Shown here in pieces: positions 10,509 through 20,370 of a DNA stretch of 64,000 nucleotides (within the stretch, counting starts at the first letter, position 1; every line of letters begins with the position of its first letter). The DNA comes from a virus: the IMG/VR virus record IMGVR_UViG_3300034200_001185, positions 1 through 64,000 of that record; one strand, given 5' to 3'. Made by a program: the position numbers and the translations under genes. The notes beneath the pieces were generated by a model, which ran no database searches, was not told the origin of the DNA, and saw nothing but the letters and a program-made list of their open reading frames with translations.

Positions 10509-11052
10509 GTTTCGCCTCTAGTTGTTTTGCAGCTGTTAGAGATTTATCTGTTTTCATAATTCGTGCACATGCAATTAAATAATCTACAAATCTATGCATA
10601 AATCCTGTACCTATAATCTCGATTACATTACCTGAGAATCTACGAATATCGTTTACCCACGATAGTAAATCTCTTTCGCTAATCGAATTGTTTGTAGTCA
10701 TAGCGTCTTTCATTCTATTCTTAATATGTCTAGCGTCATCTAGCGATAAGCTGTCGATGTCATTTGTACGAAATCCGGCAATCGATACGAGTAGTTTTAC
10801 TTGTGTGCGTAGCATACGTACTTCAGATTCTAAGAACTTGATACGTTTTTCATGTCTACTTCTCACATCCGGATCTTCTTTAATTGACTTTAGTTTGGCG
10901 ATGTCGTCTATACTGTAGTATACTTTGCCCTTGACTTTATGCCGAACAAGAGCGCCGGCACGTCTATGTCGTCTTAGTGTCCGCTCGTCACAATTTAGTA
11001 AGACAGCGGCCTCAGAACTTGGTATAAGGTTATTTAGAACAATATCAATCAT
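10462..11052 (-). CDS. MerR/excisionase-like HTH DNA-binding protein with coiled coil
   Basis: SSEAAVLLNCDERTLRRHRRAG..YYSIDDI. Start re-called to ATG 11052 (SD GGAG). 3' end overlaps terL by 47 nt. Confidence 0.7.
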   Translation of the reverse strand: MIDIVLNNLIPSSEAAVLLNCDERTLRRHRRAGALVRHKVKGKVYYSIDDIAKLKSIKEDPDVRSRHEKRIKFLESEVRMLRTQVKLLVSIAGFRTNDIDSLSLDDARHIKNRMKDAMTTNNSISERDLLSWVNDIRRFSGNVIEIIGTGFMHRFVDYLIACARIMKTDKSLTAAKQLEAKLIDFPLTELEHLDEA

Positions 11053-11062
11053 AGGAGTCTCC

Positions 11063-11848
11063 ATGTACGATAAGGAACAATTAGCACAATATGGAAAGCG
11101 TGCATCGGACATGTTTGTTAAACATGCGATGCCTCTTAACCAAGCGGTATCCGAAGTAACTCGTGGGTTAAACGGTTTTACTGATGAACACTTGAAAAGA
11201 GTAGTCGAGAACACAAATCTTATCACATTTGAAGAATTATTCAAGAATGGTCCATCAAAGCACGTTGTATTCGATTTAGCAGATTATAACGAGATACGTA
11301 ATTTAGCGCCACATCACGAAGAGCCAGAATATCGAGATGAAGCTTACTCACATAAGCCATACGGATATGAAACAAATGCCTTCGATTACACACCCACCGA
11401 AAAGACAAGTTCGTATACAGACGTACCTGCAATGGTAGAGATTCGCAGAACCTTACATCACATCGATTCTGCGCAAAGCAACATCGGTAATTGGTTACAA
11501 AAGGTTGATAGCGATCTGGAATACGAGACAGCCCGCTTAGAACAAATGTGTAAAAGAGCAAGTTTAGCAGAAGGCGGAGAACGTCCTGTACTACAATTGC
11601 TACTACACGTTACAGAAGACATCGGCACATTCGAAAAGGTTGCGATGACATTAAACACAAATCCAACCAAGGATATTTACGATGTAGGTGATTATTCAAA
11701 CATGGTACCTAACTTAGATCATCCTTTATGTGTTCAATATCGTAAAGTCGAAGGATTAGTAAAGGAAGCTAAACGTTTGAGAGGCGCAACCATCTACTTA
11801 GAAGATCAACGAAAGAAAGTATTACATACAGCAGGGAGTATCATATGA
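11063..11848 (+). CDS. Hypothetical prohead protein
   Basis: Start re-called to ATG 11063 (SD AGGAG). Motifs EKTSS, EKVAM. Confidence 0.6.
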   Translation: MYDKEQLAQYGKRASDMFVKHAMPLNQAVSEVTRGLNGFTDEHLKRVVENTNLITFEELFKNGPSKHVVFDLADYNEIRNLAPHHEEPEYRDEAYSHKPYGYETNAFDYTPTEKTSSYTDVPAMVEIRRTLHHIDSAQSNIGNWLQKVDSDLEYETARLEQMCKRASLAEGGERPVLQLLLHVTEDIGTFEKVAMTLNTNPTKDIYDVGDYSNMVPNLDHPLCVQYRKVEGLVKEAKRLRGATIYLEDQRKKVLHTAGSII

Positions 11849-12387
11849 GCGTTTTAAATAAGTACAACTTTCCACCACACGTTAAAGAACGAATTATGAC
11901 TAAGGTAGCAAGTACCGTAGCACAATTAGAGACTAACGGAAATATTAAAACAGCCGCTACCGCAATGGACGCTTTAATTGGCGGTACAGCCGCAGCTGCC
12001 GTGACATACGGTATTCCAAAGCTATTCGATGCAATCTCTGCAGCACGTGTGAGATCGAATAAGCAAAAGAACTTAAATGCGATGAAACAAGTACATCCCG
12101 AACTTCGTATGATGTCGGAGAGAAGCCTTGATGTAGCGTATAACTCTTTAGCGATTCACTCTCCAAGTGTACTTGAAGATCCGCTAGTCGGCGGTCAAAT
12201 GATTCGTGATATTGCACAACGCGGTAGCATGGACATTAATCAGCTTAAGACAGTTAGCCAATTACGTGGTACTGGCGTAACAGAACACGAACTTGCAGCT
12301 CTTAGGGAACTTTCCAGTGGCGTACGTGGTTCTATTATGTACAACGCTGATGCAAACAAGGCAGACCCAAATAAGAGAACAAAATGA
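11845..12387 (+). CDS. Hypothetical prohead protein with Gly/Ala hydrophobic helix
   Basis: TKVAS and IKTAA near the N-terminus; ALIGGTAAAAVTYGI. Confidence 0.6.
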   Translation: MSVLNKYNFPPHVKERIMTKVASTVAQLETNGNIKTAATAMDALIGGTAAAAVTYGIPKLFDAISAARVRSNKQKNLNAMKQVHPELRMMSERSLDVAYNSLAIHSPSVLEDPLVGGQMIRDIAQRGSMDINQLKTVSQLRGTGVTEHELAALRELSSGVRGSIMYNADANKADPNKRTK

Positions 12388-14261
12388 TCGAAAAGCAGAG
12401 CTTATTCGCACCAAAGGGTTTATACGGAGAGCCTTTATTCAATTTGATCGACTTTTCAGGTGGTCATAGCGAATACTTAGAAAAGACTGCCGGCATACAC
12501 CCTGAAATACTTGCGTATAAGAATCAGTTAGAGCCGGATCCCGGTAAGACCTACGTTCATATTCTCGCCTTAGGTGCGGGCGAGTACTACGGTCCTAATC
12601 TAAACAACGACTTCTTTAATTGGAATGGGCTATCACACGACCATACCACTACACCTCACGAACATGTACACGGTTATAAAACGTTCTTAAATGCACATGC
12701 ATTTGCGCATCACGTAAATAAGGATCCAGAGAAAGCGTACGGAGATGTTCTACTCAGCGTCTTAAATAATAAGATGAAACGTGTAGAGCTAATCGTAGCG
12801 ATTGATCACCAAAAGTGTATGCGCAATGGTGGCGGTAAAGTACTCGAAAGAATACAAGCGGGGGAGTACCCATCTACAAGTATGGGTTGCCGTGTTCCTT
12901 ATGACGTTTGTAGTATTTGCGGTAATAAAGCAAAGACACGACCAGATTACTGCGAACATATGAAGAACGAGGCGGGTAAGATATACCCAGACGGTAGAAA
13001 GGTATTCGTGTACAACGAATTTCCTAAGTTCTTTGACATTAGCTTTGTGTTTATCGGTGCTGATCGTACTAGCTTTGTGCTAGAGAAGATTGCTAGTTAT
13101 CGCGGACACTACGTTCCAAGACAATTACCAGAGATTGAAAAGACAGCAGGCGATGCAGGTTTGTCTAAGAATTTGCGTAAAAAGTCGGGAACGACTATGA
13201 AACAAATTCTACCTAGAATACAAAAGAAGGTACAACGTCAAAGCCACTTCACACCGCGTCCTATTACCTTTGGTAAGATTAATACATCGCTAAAGAGAGA
13301 CAGGGAGCAAGCGTTTAGTTCTGTATCATCTCTCGCTTATTCTCCGAATAGTAATTTGGTATTTAAGCACGGACCTGCGATCATACTTAAAAACGAGGAC
13401 AATAAGGTTGTAGCGAATATGGAAAAATCGTCTGCATATAAAATCGCTGAAACATTAAAGCATAGCGATATCTTTAAAGATGTTAATTCTTTACCTATGG
13501 GTAAGGCAGTTCCTATGCTTGTTGGCAAGGATCCGGATTTACCGCGTCCTATTATTGGGCGTATTGCGTCATCCCCAGATATCGGTAGATCACTATCAGA
13601 AGCCGGATCGATGGGTATCGTTTTAAAGCCTAACGAATTTCAGCGTACACTGCTAATGCGAGCCGGACAAGGTAATCTAGCCGATAAGTTAGAAGATCAA
13701 GGCCATGTGTTTAATCCTAATACACCAAGACCTATCGTAAGATCTATGCGCATATCAATATCACCAACAGGCGGTATATCTCCCGGTATGATGGACATGC
13801 TCGGGCCTATGCTTGAGCATCGTAGTAGCATTACACCGATTGCGATTAGACGTATTACTGCCGTTAAATTACCGCTACAAAATGACTACGACGAAGACGA
13901 TTCGGAATTTGACGACAGCTATTCGGAATCCGAAGATGATGATATGCCACCAATCGTTCATCGTATAGGATCAATGTATAACGGTTATCGTTCGGATTTA
14001 CTTGACAATATAGAAAGTTTAATGCAAGGTTCTAGTAGCGGTAACATGCTTTCGCAAATTGAAAAGATTCGCGGTGGTAGTTATTTAGATGATGACGTTA
14101 TGCAGTCATTGTGCTACGTACCTGTTGCTTACTTTTCGCATGCCTATTGGAATCGCTGTTGTTGTGACGGAAAGACTCCAGAAGAGTTTGCGTTTAAATT
14201 CGTAGAAAAAAATCCGAATATCGCAAAGTACTTAGCTGAATGGGTTGCTAATAAACGATGA
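12384..14261 (+). CDS. Prohead maturation protease (clan SH type) with long C-terminal extension
   Basis: His in AFAHHVNK, nucleophile motif TSMGC, Zn-finger-like CSICG..CEH, closing strand FFDISFVFIGAD. Located upstream of scaffold and MCP. Confidence 0.8.
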   Translation: MIEKQSLFAPKGLYGEPLFNLIDFSGGHSEYLEKTAGIHPEILAYKNQLEPDPGKTYVHILALGAGEYYGPNLNNDFFNWNGLSHDHTTTPHEHVHGYKTFLNAHAFAHHVNKDPEKAYGDVLLSVLNNKMKRVELIVAIDHQKCMRNGGGKVLERIQAGEYPSTSMGCRVPYDVCSICGNKAKTRPDYCEHMKNEAGKIYPDGRKVFVYNEFPKFFDISFVFIGADRTSFVLEKIASYRGHYVPRQLPEIEKTAGDAGLSKNLRKKSGTTMKQILPRIQKKVQRQSHFTPRPITFGKINTSLKRDREQAFSSVSSLAYSPNSNLVFKHGPAIILKNEDNKVVANMEKSSAYKIAETLKHSDIFKDVNSLPMGKAVPMLVGKDPDLPRPIIGRIASSPDIGRSLSEAGSMGIVLKPNEFQRTLLMRAGQGNLADKLEDQGHVFNPNTPRPIVRSMRISISPTGGISPGMMDMLGPMLEHRSSITPIAIRRITAVKLPLQNDYDEDDSEFDDSYSESEDDDMPPIVHRIGSMYNGYRSDLLDNIESLMQGSSSGNMLSQIEKIRGGSYLDDDVMQSLCYVPVAYFSHAYWNRCCCDGKTPEEFAFKFVEKNPNIAKYLAEWVANKR

Positions 14262-14272
14262 TACTCTATAAT
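14245..14272 (+). promoter_or_regulatory. Sigma70-like promoter for the scaffold/capsid genes
   Basis: TTGCTA-16-TATAAT, about 30 nt upstream of ATG 14302. Confidence 0.5.
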
Positions 14273-14301
14273 AAAGAAAACAAACATTAGGAGAAAACAT
14301 T

Positions 14302-15075
14302 ATGGACGAAATGTTACTTAACGAATTATATGGCGATGAATTCTATGGCCAAGATGATGAAATGACAAAGCTCGCTCAAGTCGAATTAGTAGAAGCCGTT
14401 GCAGCAGAAGCTGGTATCGACTTAGACGAACTCGATGATTATGAACTTGCTAAGTTTGCAGAATACGTATTGTCAGAAGACGATGGCGATTTTGAAGACG
14501 ATGACTATGGCTATTATGAAGACGACGACTTCTATGCAGAAGAAGATTTCCACGAAAAGCTTGCAGAAGCTGATGTAATGGGTAGAGTGATGGCTCGTTC
14601 TTATGTAGACGAATTAGATTCTCTTTCATACGGTGACTATGACGATTTCTATGATGACGAATATATGTCAGACGAACAAGTCAAAGTAGCATCCGCAATG
14701 GAAGATATCGAAAATGCTTGGTTTATCGAAACACTTGAAGGCGAAGAAGATTTTGAAATCGCTGGCGACGAAGTATTCGAAAAGAGAGCAAGCATTCTCG
14801 TAGATTATGATGAACCTGCACTCGCTTACATCGAAAGCTTAACACCATCCGAATTTGCAAAGGAAGCTGAACTTCGTGCTTGTGAATGGTTAATCGAAGA
14901 AGGTATCGATCCTGTAACCATGGAATATACCGAACCTGATTATATTAAGCTTGCGTCATTCCCAGATGTATTTGAAGCTAATAGCCAAGTTGCAGAACTT
15001 GCTTTAACACAATACAACGAAGATTTAGATTACGCTGCTCTCCACATCATCAACGCATTGTTCGATAGATACTAA
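14302..15075 (+). CDS. Highly acidic scaffold-like protein
   Basis: D/E/Y-rich, between protease and MCP. Motifs TKLAQ, AKFAE, EKLAE, VKVAS, EKRAS, AKEAE, IKLAS. SD AGGAG. Confidence 0.6.
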   Translation: MDEMLLNELYGDEFYGQDDEMTKLAQVELVEAVAAEAGIDLDELDDYELAKFAEYVLSEDDGDFEDDDYGYYEDDDFYAEEDFHEKLAEADVMGRVMARSYVDELDSLSYGDYDDFYDDEYMSDEQVKVASAMEDIENAWFIETLEGEEDFEIAGDEVFEKRASILVDYDEPALAYIESLTPSEFAKEAELRACEWLIEEGIDPVTMEYTEPDYIKLASFPDVFEANSQVAELALTQYNEDLDYAALHIINALFDRY

Positions 15076-15076
15076 G

Positions 15077-15304
15077 ATGGAATATGCGGTTTGGCATGCG
15101 TTCTTTGACGAGCTTGAAAAGATAGCCGGTATTAAAATGCCTCCGGCTATGCCACCGCCTCCAAAGGTGGCTTTACCTTATCAACAGTTGCAGAACGCTC
15201 CTCCTATACCGTCTCCACCGGGACAGACGATTAACACGGGCTTTGGCCCTACGCCGATTCGTAAAGACATCGGTATTTCACCGTACGGTCCACAAGCGAG
15301 GTAA
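15077..15304 (+). CDS. Small Pro-rich protein with FFDELEKIA leader
   Basis: MEYAVWHAFFDELEKIAG followed by a Pro-rich tail. Confidence 0.6.
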   Translation: MEYAVWHAFFDELEKIAGIKMPPAMPPPPKVALPYQQLQNAPPIPSPPGQTINTGFGPTPIRKDIGISPYGPQAR

Positions 15305-15307
15305 ACT

Positions 15308-15646
15308 ATGTACGACATTCGAAATATGATTGATAATGCTCTTAAGTTCGGAGATACATACTCCGAAGATCGTGCTCCAACCGAGCATATCCACCTAAGA
15401 GCCACAAACGACAGTAGTGAAATCGAAAAGCTTGCGTCAGCGCTTAGTTTCATTGCGGACAACTTGGATGACTTAGAGCCATCCGCAGAAGAAAAGCTTG
15501 CAGAAGCTGAATTGCTTGTGTCTTACTATAACGATGAGCAACAAGCCATTAACGAAGAACAAGTTAAAATGGCGCAAATCGAGGCAGATAGACAATTCTC
15601 GCAACCTTCAGCACGTAACAGACTTGCGAATATCTTAGGGCGATAA
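15308..15646 (+). CDS. Hypothetical prohead protein
   Basis: EKLAS, EKLAE, VKMAQ. Confidence 0.6.
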   Translation: MYDIRNMIDNALKFGDTYSEDRAPTEHIHLRATNDSSEIEKLASALSFIADNLDDLEPSAEEKLAEAELLVSYYNDEQQAINEEQVKMAQIEADRQFSQPSARNRLANILGR

Positions 15647-15718
15647 CTTATACAACTTGAAAAAAGTCGTTTAAAGTGTGATAACTCTAAGGTATAAACA
15701 TACTATAGGAGCATACTC

Positions 15719-16081
15719 ATGAAAAAAATCGCATCTACAAGAGCAGCAAGCGAGTTAATCAAACTTGCAAGTAGCAAACTTTTAGAACAACAAAACGAAA
15801 TTGAATCTCTTCGTTCCAAACTCGAAGAGATTCAACACATGAATAAGGCGGCGGAACTTGCAGCACGTATGGCTGATGCAGGTCACATCGACTACTCGGA
15901 TATCGAGGCTAAGGCGAATGCGATCTACCAACAGCCAGAACGTATGTATGCGGTTGAAGAAGCTATCAACATGTTGGGTAGCAGCTCATCCTTTAACGTA
16001 GCCAATCTCTCAGACGAGCAAGGTCAAGTCGCTACAAGCGCTAGATCTAAACTAGAATCTTATTTATTAGGTGATGATTAA
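15719..16081 (+). CDS. Coiled-coil scaffold-like protein
   Basis: KKIAS, IKLAS, heptad pattern. SD AGGAG. Confidence 0.6.
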   Translation: MKKIASTRAASELIKLASSKLLEQQNEIESLRSKLEEIQHMNKAAELAARMADAGHIDYSDIEAKANAIYQQPERMYAVEEAINMLGSSSSFNVANLSDEQGQVATSARSKLESYLLGDD

Positions 16082-16090
16082 GGAGTCCAC

Positions 16091-16669
16091 ATGGCTATTC
16101 AAACATTTGAATTGGTTTCGCCATTTCTCTCAATTTACGCCCCATCCAAAGTATGGAAGGGCGATAATGCTTTGCTTCTCGGCCAAACTGCTAACGCTCT
16201 TAGCACAGGCGAGATCTTGAAAATCGAAGGCGCAAGCTACGGCGTATTGCGCGCATCTTCTACCGAAAATGACGGTACTGATGGCTCAATTAGCACAGCT
16301 CCCGGCTTTGCATACTTCTCGGAAACCGGTAGAGGTGACGTTGTTACTTCTGGGCGTATTCCAATTTTGCAATTCGGTCCTTACGAAGCTGACACTATGA
16401 TTTTCGACCGTAACGAATCTGGCGTACTTATCAATGATGAAGACGATGATTTATCATCCGCTGACGTTGGTAAGGCTGTTGGTATTTTCGGTGTAAGACA
16501 TCATAAAGATTTCGCATCAGCTGATTTCGGTACAGGTGCTTACATTCAATCGGGGCTCGGCGTTCTTAGCCAAGCACAAGTAGCAGCCGGCGCATTCAAA
16601 GTCGGTTACATCTCTCGTATTACAGGTACAGGCGCTAATATGCGTGTTCGTATCTTGTTCGGTATTTAA
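16091..16669 (+). CDS. Putative capsid decoration/cement protein
   Basis: Gly-rich beta-type 192-aa protein immediately upstream of MCP. SD AAGGAG. Confidence 0.45.
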   Translation: MAIQTFELVSPFLSIYAPSKVWKGDNALLLGQTANALSTGEILKIEGASYGVLRASSTENDGTDGSISTAPGFAYFSETGRGDVVTSGRIPILQFGPYEADTMIFDRNESGVLINDEDDDLSSADVGKAVGIFGVRHHKDFASADFGTGAYIQSGLGVLSQAQVAAGAFKVGYISRITGTGANMRVRILFGI

Positions 16670-16682
16670 GGAGTAAAGTAGT

Positions 16683-17849
16683 ATGAATTACAGCGCCGAA
16701 ATGGTTAATAGTTTATTTGTTGAAAAGCTTGGTACAGAAGAAGGTCGTTCTAAGCTCGCAGCTTACGGTGGTGGGGTTATCCGAGATCACTTGCGCGAAG
16801 TATCGTTTGCAAGAAAGATCTTGCCTCCACAACCAATTACTCCCGCAGAATGTCAAGTTTCTACCGAACATGATGGCCTCGTAAAGATCGAAGAACTCGA
16901 ACCTGAATCACGCGCAATGGTTGTTGACTTCCGTGGTCAAGCCAGAGCTCGTTACATTCGTGCACCTCGTGTTGCCGTGTCATTCTTTACAATCGAATCT
17001 GAACACTTCGAAAAGACTGAACAAGAATTGCTCGCGTATAAAATGCCAATCACCAAAATGATTGAAGAACAATCCGCAAACAATCTTCAAGAAATCGAAG
17101 ATCGTCAATTCTTATTGTATGCAGAAGCCGGTATCCAACAATTACAAAAGGACAGCAACGAAAAGTCCTTTGGTACTCAAGCCGGTTTTAGTGCATCAAA
17201 CGTTAACGCAGCTAGCGTTGCAAACGGTCCAGATCAAAACGCATCCGTTATGAAAGGCCAACTCGCACTCGCAGCTACACAAGACGACTTTGTTGTACGT
17301 CCTGTAAATCGTCCAGACTTTATCAACTTCTTTAAGATGATGTCTGGTCCAAATCGTCGTTTAAGACTCGAACTTGTTTTGCTTACCGAATCTGATTACG
17401 ATGACGTTCTTCAATGGACAATCGAAGATATGGGTGATCGTATTCAATCTGAAACAGTCGTTGAAGGTTATAAATACAATACTCTTCTCGGTCGTCGTTT
17501 CGTACGTACTATCAAGACTGATATTCTCCGTCGTGGTAATGTTTACGGTTTCACTGTTCCCGAATTCTTAGGCGTATTCTATGTATTGAACAATACAAAA
17601 TTCTATGTCGATAAAATTGGTAACAAGATCACATTCTGGTGTTGGGAAGACATCGGTATGGCGTTCCTAAATCTCAATTCTCTCGTAAAGATGGAATTGT
17701 ATAGCGGTTCTGTTACACCCGGTTTCGAAACAGCTCAAATTGGTGGCCTTAGCTTTGCTGACAGATTGCCTGCTGACGAAGAACAACTTGGTCGTGCTCG
17801 TAACCGTGCTGGCGATGGTTTCATTAATCCAGTCGTTACACAATTCTAA
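16683..17849 (+). CDS. Major capsid protein (HK97 fold)
   Basis: 388 aa, strongly biased codons, position after protease/scaffold, pattern RKILPP..EKTEQELLAY..LQEIEDRQF. SKLAA at aa 23-27. Confidence 0.8.
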   Translation: MNYSAEMVNSLFVEKLGTEEGRSKLAAYGGGVIRDHLREVSFARKILPPQPITPAECQVSTEHDGLVKIEELEPESRAMVVDFRGQARARYIRAPRVAVSFFTIESEHFEKTEQELLAYKMPITKMIEEQSANNLQEIEDRQFLLYAEAGIQQLQKDSNEKSFGTQAGFSASNVNAASVANGPDQNASVMKGQLALAATQDDFVVRPVNRPDFINFFKMMSGPNRRLRLELVLLTESDYDDVLQWTIEDMGDRIQSETVVEGYKYNTLLGRRFVRTIKTDILRRGNVYGFTVPEFLGVFYVLNNTKFYVDKIGNKITFWCWEDIGMAFLNLNSLVKMELYSGSVTPGFETAQIGGLSFADRLPADEEQLGRARNRAGDGFINPVVTQF

Positions 17850-17920
17850 TAACGATATATAATTTACTTGATTATTCACATATAAATATTAAAATGATCG
17901 AGCACTTTGCTTGAGAGAAT

Positions 17921-17969
17921 TTCTGCACTGTTTGAGTTCTTTACCTCTTTCTCTCGGACAGTGCAGGAG
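17921..17969 (+). promoter_or_regulatory. Long hairpin occluding the SD of the gene after MCP
   Basis: TTCTGCACTGTTTGAG (17921-36) pairs with CTCGGACAGTGCAGGA (17953-68), including G-U pairs. The 3' arm overlaps AGGAG. Confidence 0.6.
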
Positions 17970-17974
17970 TTTTT

Positions 17975-18430
17975 ATGTACAGATTAGTAGCTAAAGAAAC
18001 AGCACGTAAAATCGATTTTTGGCGCAATGGCGTAAGAATGCGTATGCCCGGCGTACTACTTGCAGACGGTAGTTTTATTAAATTACTTCCAAATAGACCC
18101 GTAGATATTAGCGACGCGTCTATGGATATGAATAAGGCTTTACTTGAAAGTCCATACGTAAGTTGTAGAAGACTAAGCGTAGATAATCCTACTAACCTAA
18201 CACCGATTGAAGAAGTTAAAGAAAGCGTACTTGTAATCGAAGAGGTTATTCCAAAAGAGTTAGTCGTTACGGACGAAGATATTGTAAGTGATGAATCGCC
18301 AAATCCTGTTGTACTACTTGAAGATGTAAGCGTAATTGTAGATCACGCGGAACAAGAATCATCGGACGATTTTATTAGCCCAAGTTCTGACGATACTCCA
18401 GCACAGCCAAAACGTAGGAGACGCAAGTAA
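17975..18430 (+). CDS. Hypothetical protein
   Basis: 151 aa, acidic C-half, basic tip. Confidence 0.6.
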   Translation: MYRLVAKETARKIDFWRNGVRMRMPGVLLADGSFIKLLPNRPVDISDASMDMNKALLESPYVSCRRLSVDNPTNLTPIEEVKESVLVIEEVIPKELVVTDEDIVSDESPNPVVLLEDVSVIVDHAEQESSDDFISPSSDDTPAQPKRRRRK

Positions 18431-18780
18431 TGGAACAGGCCGTTTATTTTAACAATACACCTTTTAAAGTATCCGTCAATGGCGTTATGGTATTACCCGG
18501 ATGTTGTGAAAAGTTTAATGTAAATGACGCTACTGTAATACGAATGGTAGAGTCGGGTTTATTAAGTTCCGAAAAAATAGAACAATCCTTGACAGATCAT
18601 GCTATAAATTACGAATATAAACAAGAAAGTAAGGAGCGTGACGATGGGATTAGCACAACAACAGAGCCTAGCGAAATTCGTTTCGCAGGTCAGGCAATAT
18701 ATGAGGGACTTCCCCGAGTTGAACCGTTTAATAGACGGAGTGGAAACAAGCGACCGTCTGATTGCATGGGCGGTTATTGA
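18430..18780 (+). CDS. Hypothetical protein (3' end overlaps next gene by 137 nt)
   Basis: TAATG coupling with the previous gene. Confidence 0.45.
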   Translation: MEQAVYFNNTPFKVSVNGVMVLPGCCEKFNVNDATVIRMVESGLLSSEKIEQSLTDHAINYEYKQESKERDDGISTTTEPSEIRFAGQAIYEGLPRVEPFNRRSGNKRPSDCMGGY

Positions 18781-19135
18781 TACGCTTGACGATATAAGCA
18801 ATACGCCACCTATGCTCGGATTTTATAGCGTAGAAACATTTCCATATAGACACTTATTACTACGCGGTACAGTAATTGCGATCCTAGAATCCGTCGGATT
18901 GTTGCAAATGCGTAATCAATTAAGTTATAGTGATGGTGGTATTAGTGTACAAGCGTCAGATAAAGCGCCTATGATTATGCAATGGATCAGTATGCTTCGC
19001 ACTACATACGAACAAAAGAAAAAAGAGTTCAAAATGGCTCAAAATCTCCAACAGGGCTTTGACGCCCAATCGATTATGTCCGACTATTATTTCTTAGGCG
19101 GATATTACGATGTTTTCGATAGGGTATACAGATGA
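18644..19135 (+). CDS. Putative head-tail adaptor (neck) protein
   Basis: All-helical pattern (VRQYMRDFPELNRL..NQLSYSDGGISV) downstream of MCP. SD AAGGAG 7 nt before ATG 18644. Confidence 0.55.
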   Translation: MGLAQQQSLAKFVSQVRQYMRDFPELNRLIDGVETSDRLIAWAVIDTLDDISNTPPMLGFYSVETFPYRHLLLRGTVIAILESVGLLQMRNQLSYSDGGISVQASDKAPMIMQWISMLRTTYEQKKKEFKMAQNLQQGFDAQSIMSDYYFLGGYYDVFDRVYR

Positions 19136-19560
19136 GTATTTTAATCGGACCTAAACCAGTAGACTTAGACGCAGTAGATGTACCAGCATACATTAAAAAG
19201 ACTTATGAAGACGCAGACTATGTACCAAACACATCGGCAGCTGGAACAGCAGAAGATCCGCTTGAAGTGACTGACTTGTTATTTCCCGGTGTTACCGATA
19301 TCGGTGCATTACGTATGTCGATGTTTAGAGTTGCAGTATTTACAGGATACGCAGCTCCAATGCGTTTAGCGGAGTTTGTACGCGAGTATAAGAATTTCGA
19401 TAATACAAAGGGCGTAGTTCTTCTTACTGGTATCAACATCATTACCGATAGCCACGATAACTTTAATTTGTTTTACATGGATACAAATCCAGAAGACGAT
19501 TATAACAAAGAGCTTAAAGCCAGATTAACCGGCCATTGGCAGAACGGATTTAAAAAATGA
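19132..19560 (+). CDS. Hypothetical protein
   Basis: 142-aa coupled ORF. Confidence 0.6.
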   Translation: MSILIGPKPVDLDAVDVPAYIKKTYEDADYVPNTSAAGTAEDPLEVTDLLFPGVTDIGALRMSMFRVAVFTGYAAPMRLAEFVREYKNFDNTKGVVLLTGINIITDSHDNFNLFYMDTNPEDDYNKELKARLTGHWQNGFKK

Positions 19561-20369
19561 GTTGGAACCTACTTGATGATAGTTTAGTAAACGTATTGTA
19601 CAAAGAAGCAGCGTTTGATCCTGATCTAATAAGAGATGGATTCAATGCGGTAGATTTGAGTATGGTACCCGGACGAAATTATACAGCCGACGTAATTTAT
19701 AGCGGAGGCAAGACCGTTCTCGCAGTTGGGCGTGGCGCAAGAAACAAAGCGATGGTACGTGGAGGAAAGTACGTAGCAGCTACAGGTCGTAATGAACTGA
19801 AGAATAAAATGTTTAACAGACCTGCCAATCAATTGATGGATAACGTAAAGGATAACGTACCTGAATCAGCATCAAGCGCAAGTATGATCGGTACAGGCGA
19901 TTATATGAATAAGACCGGCGGTAGACTTGTAAAGGTTGCGGGATTATTCTTAAAGCCAAGTGATCTAGCAGATCATCGCGGACTTGCAGGAGCGTTAGAA
20001 GGATCTTTAAACGGTGCTAATCAAAGTAAGATGTTTAGCAAAGAAGCGTCTACTGAAGCGCTACTTAGAAACACTCGTTTGCATGGTGCGATCATTGGCG
20101 GTGTAGCCGGCGTAGCATCTGAAGTATTACGTAAGCAATACACAGAACCAACTGAAATGCCTCCCGCACAAGAGCCGAAGGGTTTAGTTGCTAAGGTAAC
20201 CCACACAATCGATACTGCACGTGCTAAGGCTGATCACCTCAGTCGTAAACATCCGGTGGCAAGTACACTTGCTGCTGCCGTATCCGGCGGTGCTGCCGGT
20301 GCGCTTATGAATCCTCAAGGACCCGCAAGATTGCTCACTCGACATAAGAAACCAAACCCAAGGTTATAA
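19557..20369 (+). CDS. Hypothetical protein with K-x-A motifs and Gly-zipper helices
   Basis: YKEAA, VKVAG, SKEAS; GAIIGGVAGVA; AAAVSGGAAGALM. Confidence 0.6.
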   Translation: MSWNLLDDSLVNVLYKEAAFDPDLIRDGFNAVDLSMVPGRNYTADVIYSGGKTVLAVGRGARNKAMVRGGKYVAATGRNELKNKMFNRPANQLMDNVKDNVPESASSASMIGTGDYMNKTGGRLVKVAGLFLKPSDLADHRGLAGALEGSLNGANQSKMFSKEASTEALLRNTRLHGAIIGGVAGVASEVLRKQYTEPTEMPPAQEPKGLVAKVTHTIDTARAKADHLSRKHPVASTLAAAVSGGAAGALMNPQGPARLLTRHKKPNPRL

Positions 20370-20370
20370 A

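Noticed and set aside
10462-11052. HTH gene as evidence of a prophage or temperate lifestyle
   Set aside because: No integrase, att site or host genes in the window, and excisionase-like HTH domains are common in lytic phages.
18430-18780. Programmed frameshift joining 18430 to the neck gene
   Set aside because: No slippery heptamer was seen, and the downstream gene has its own strong SD (AAGGAG) at ATG 18644.
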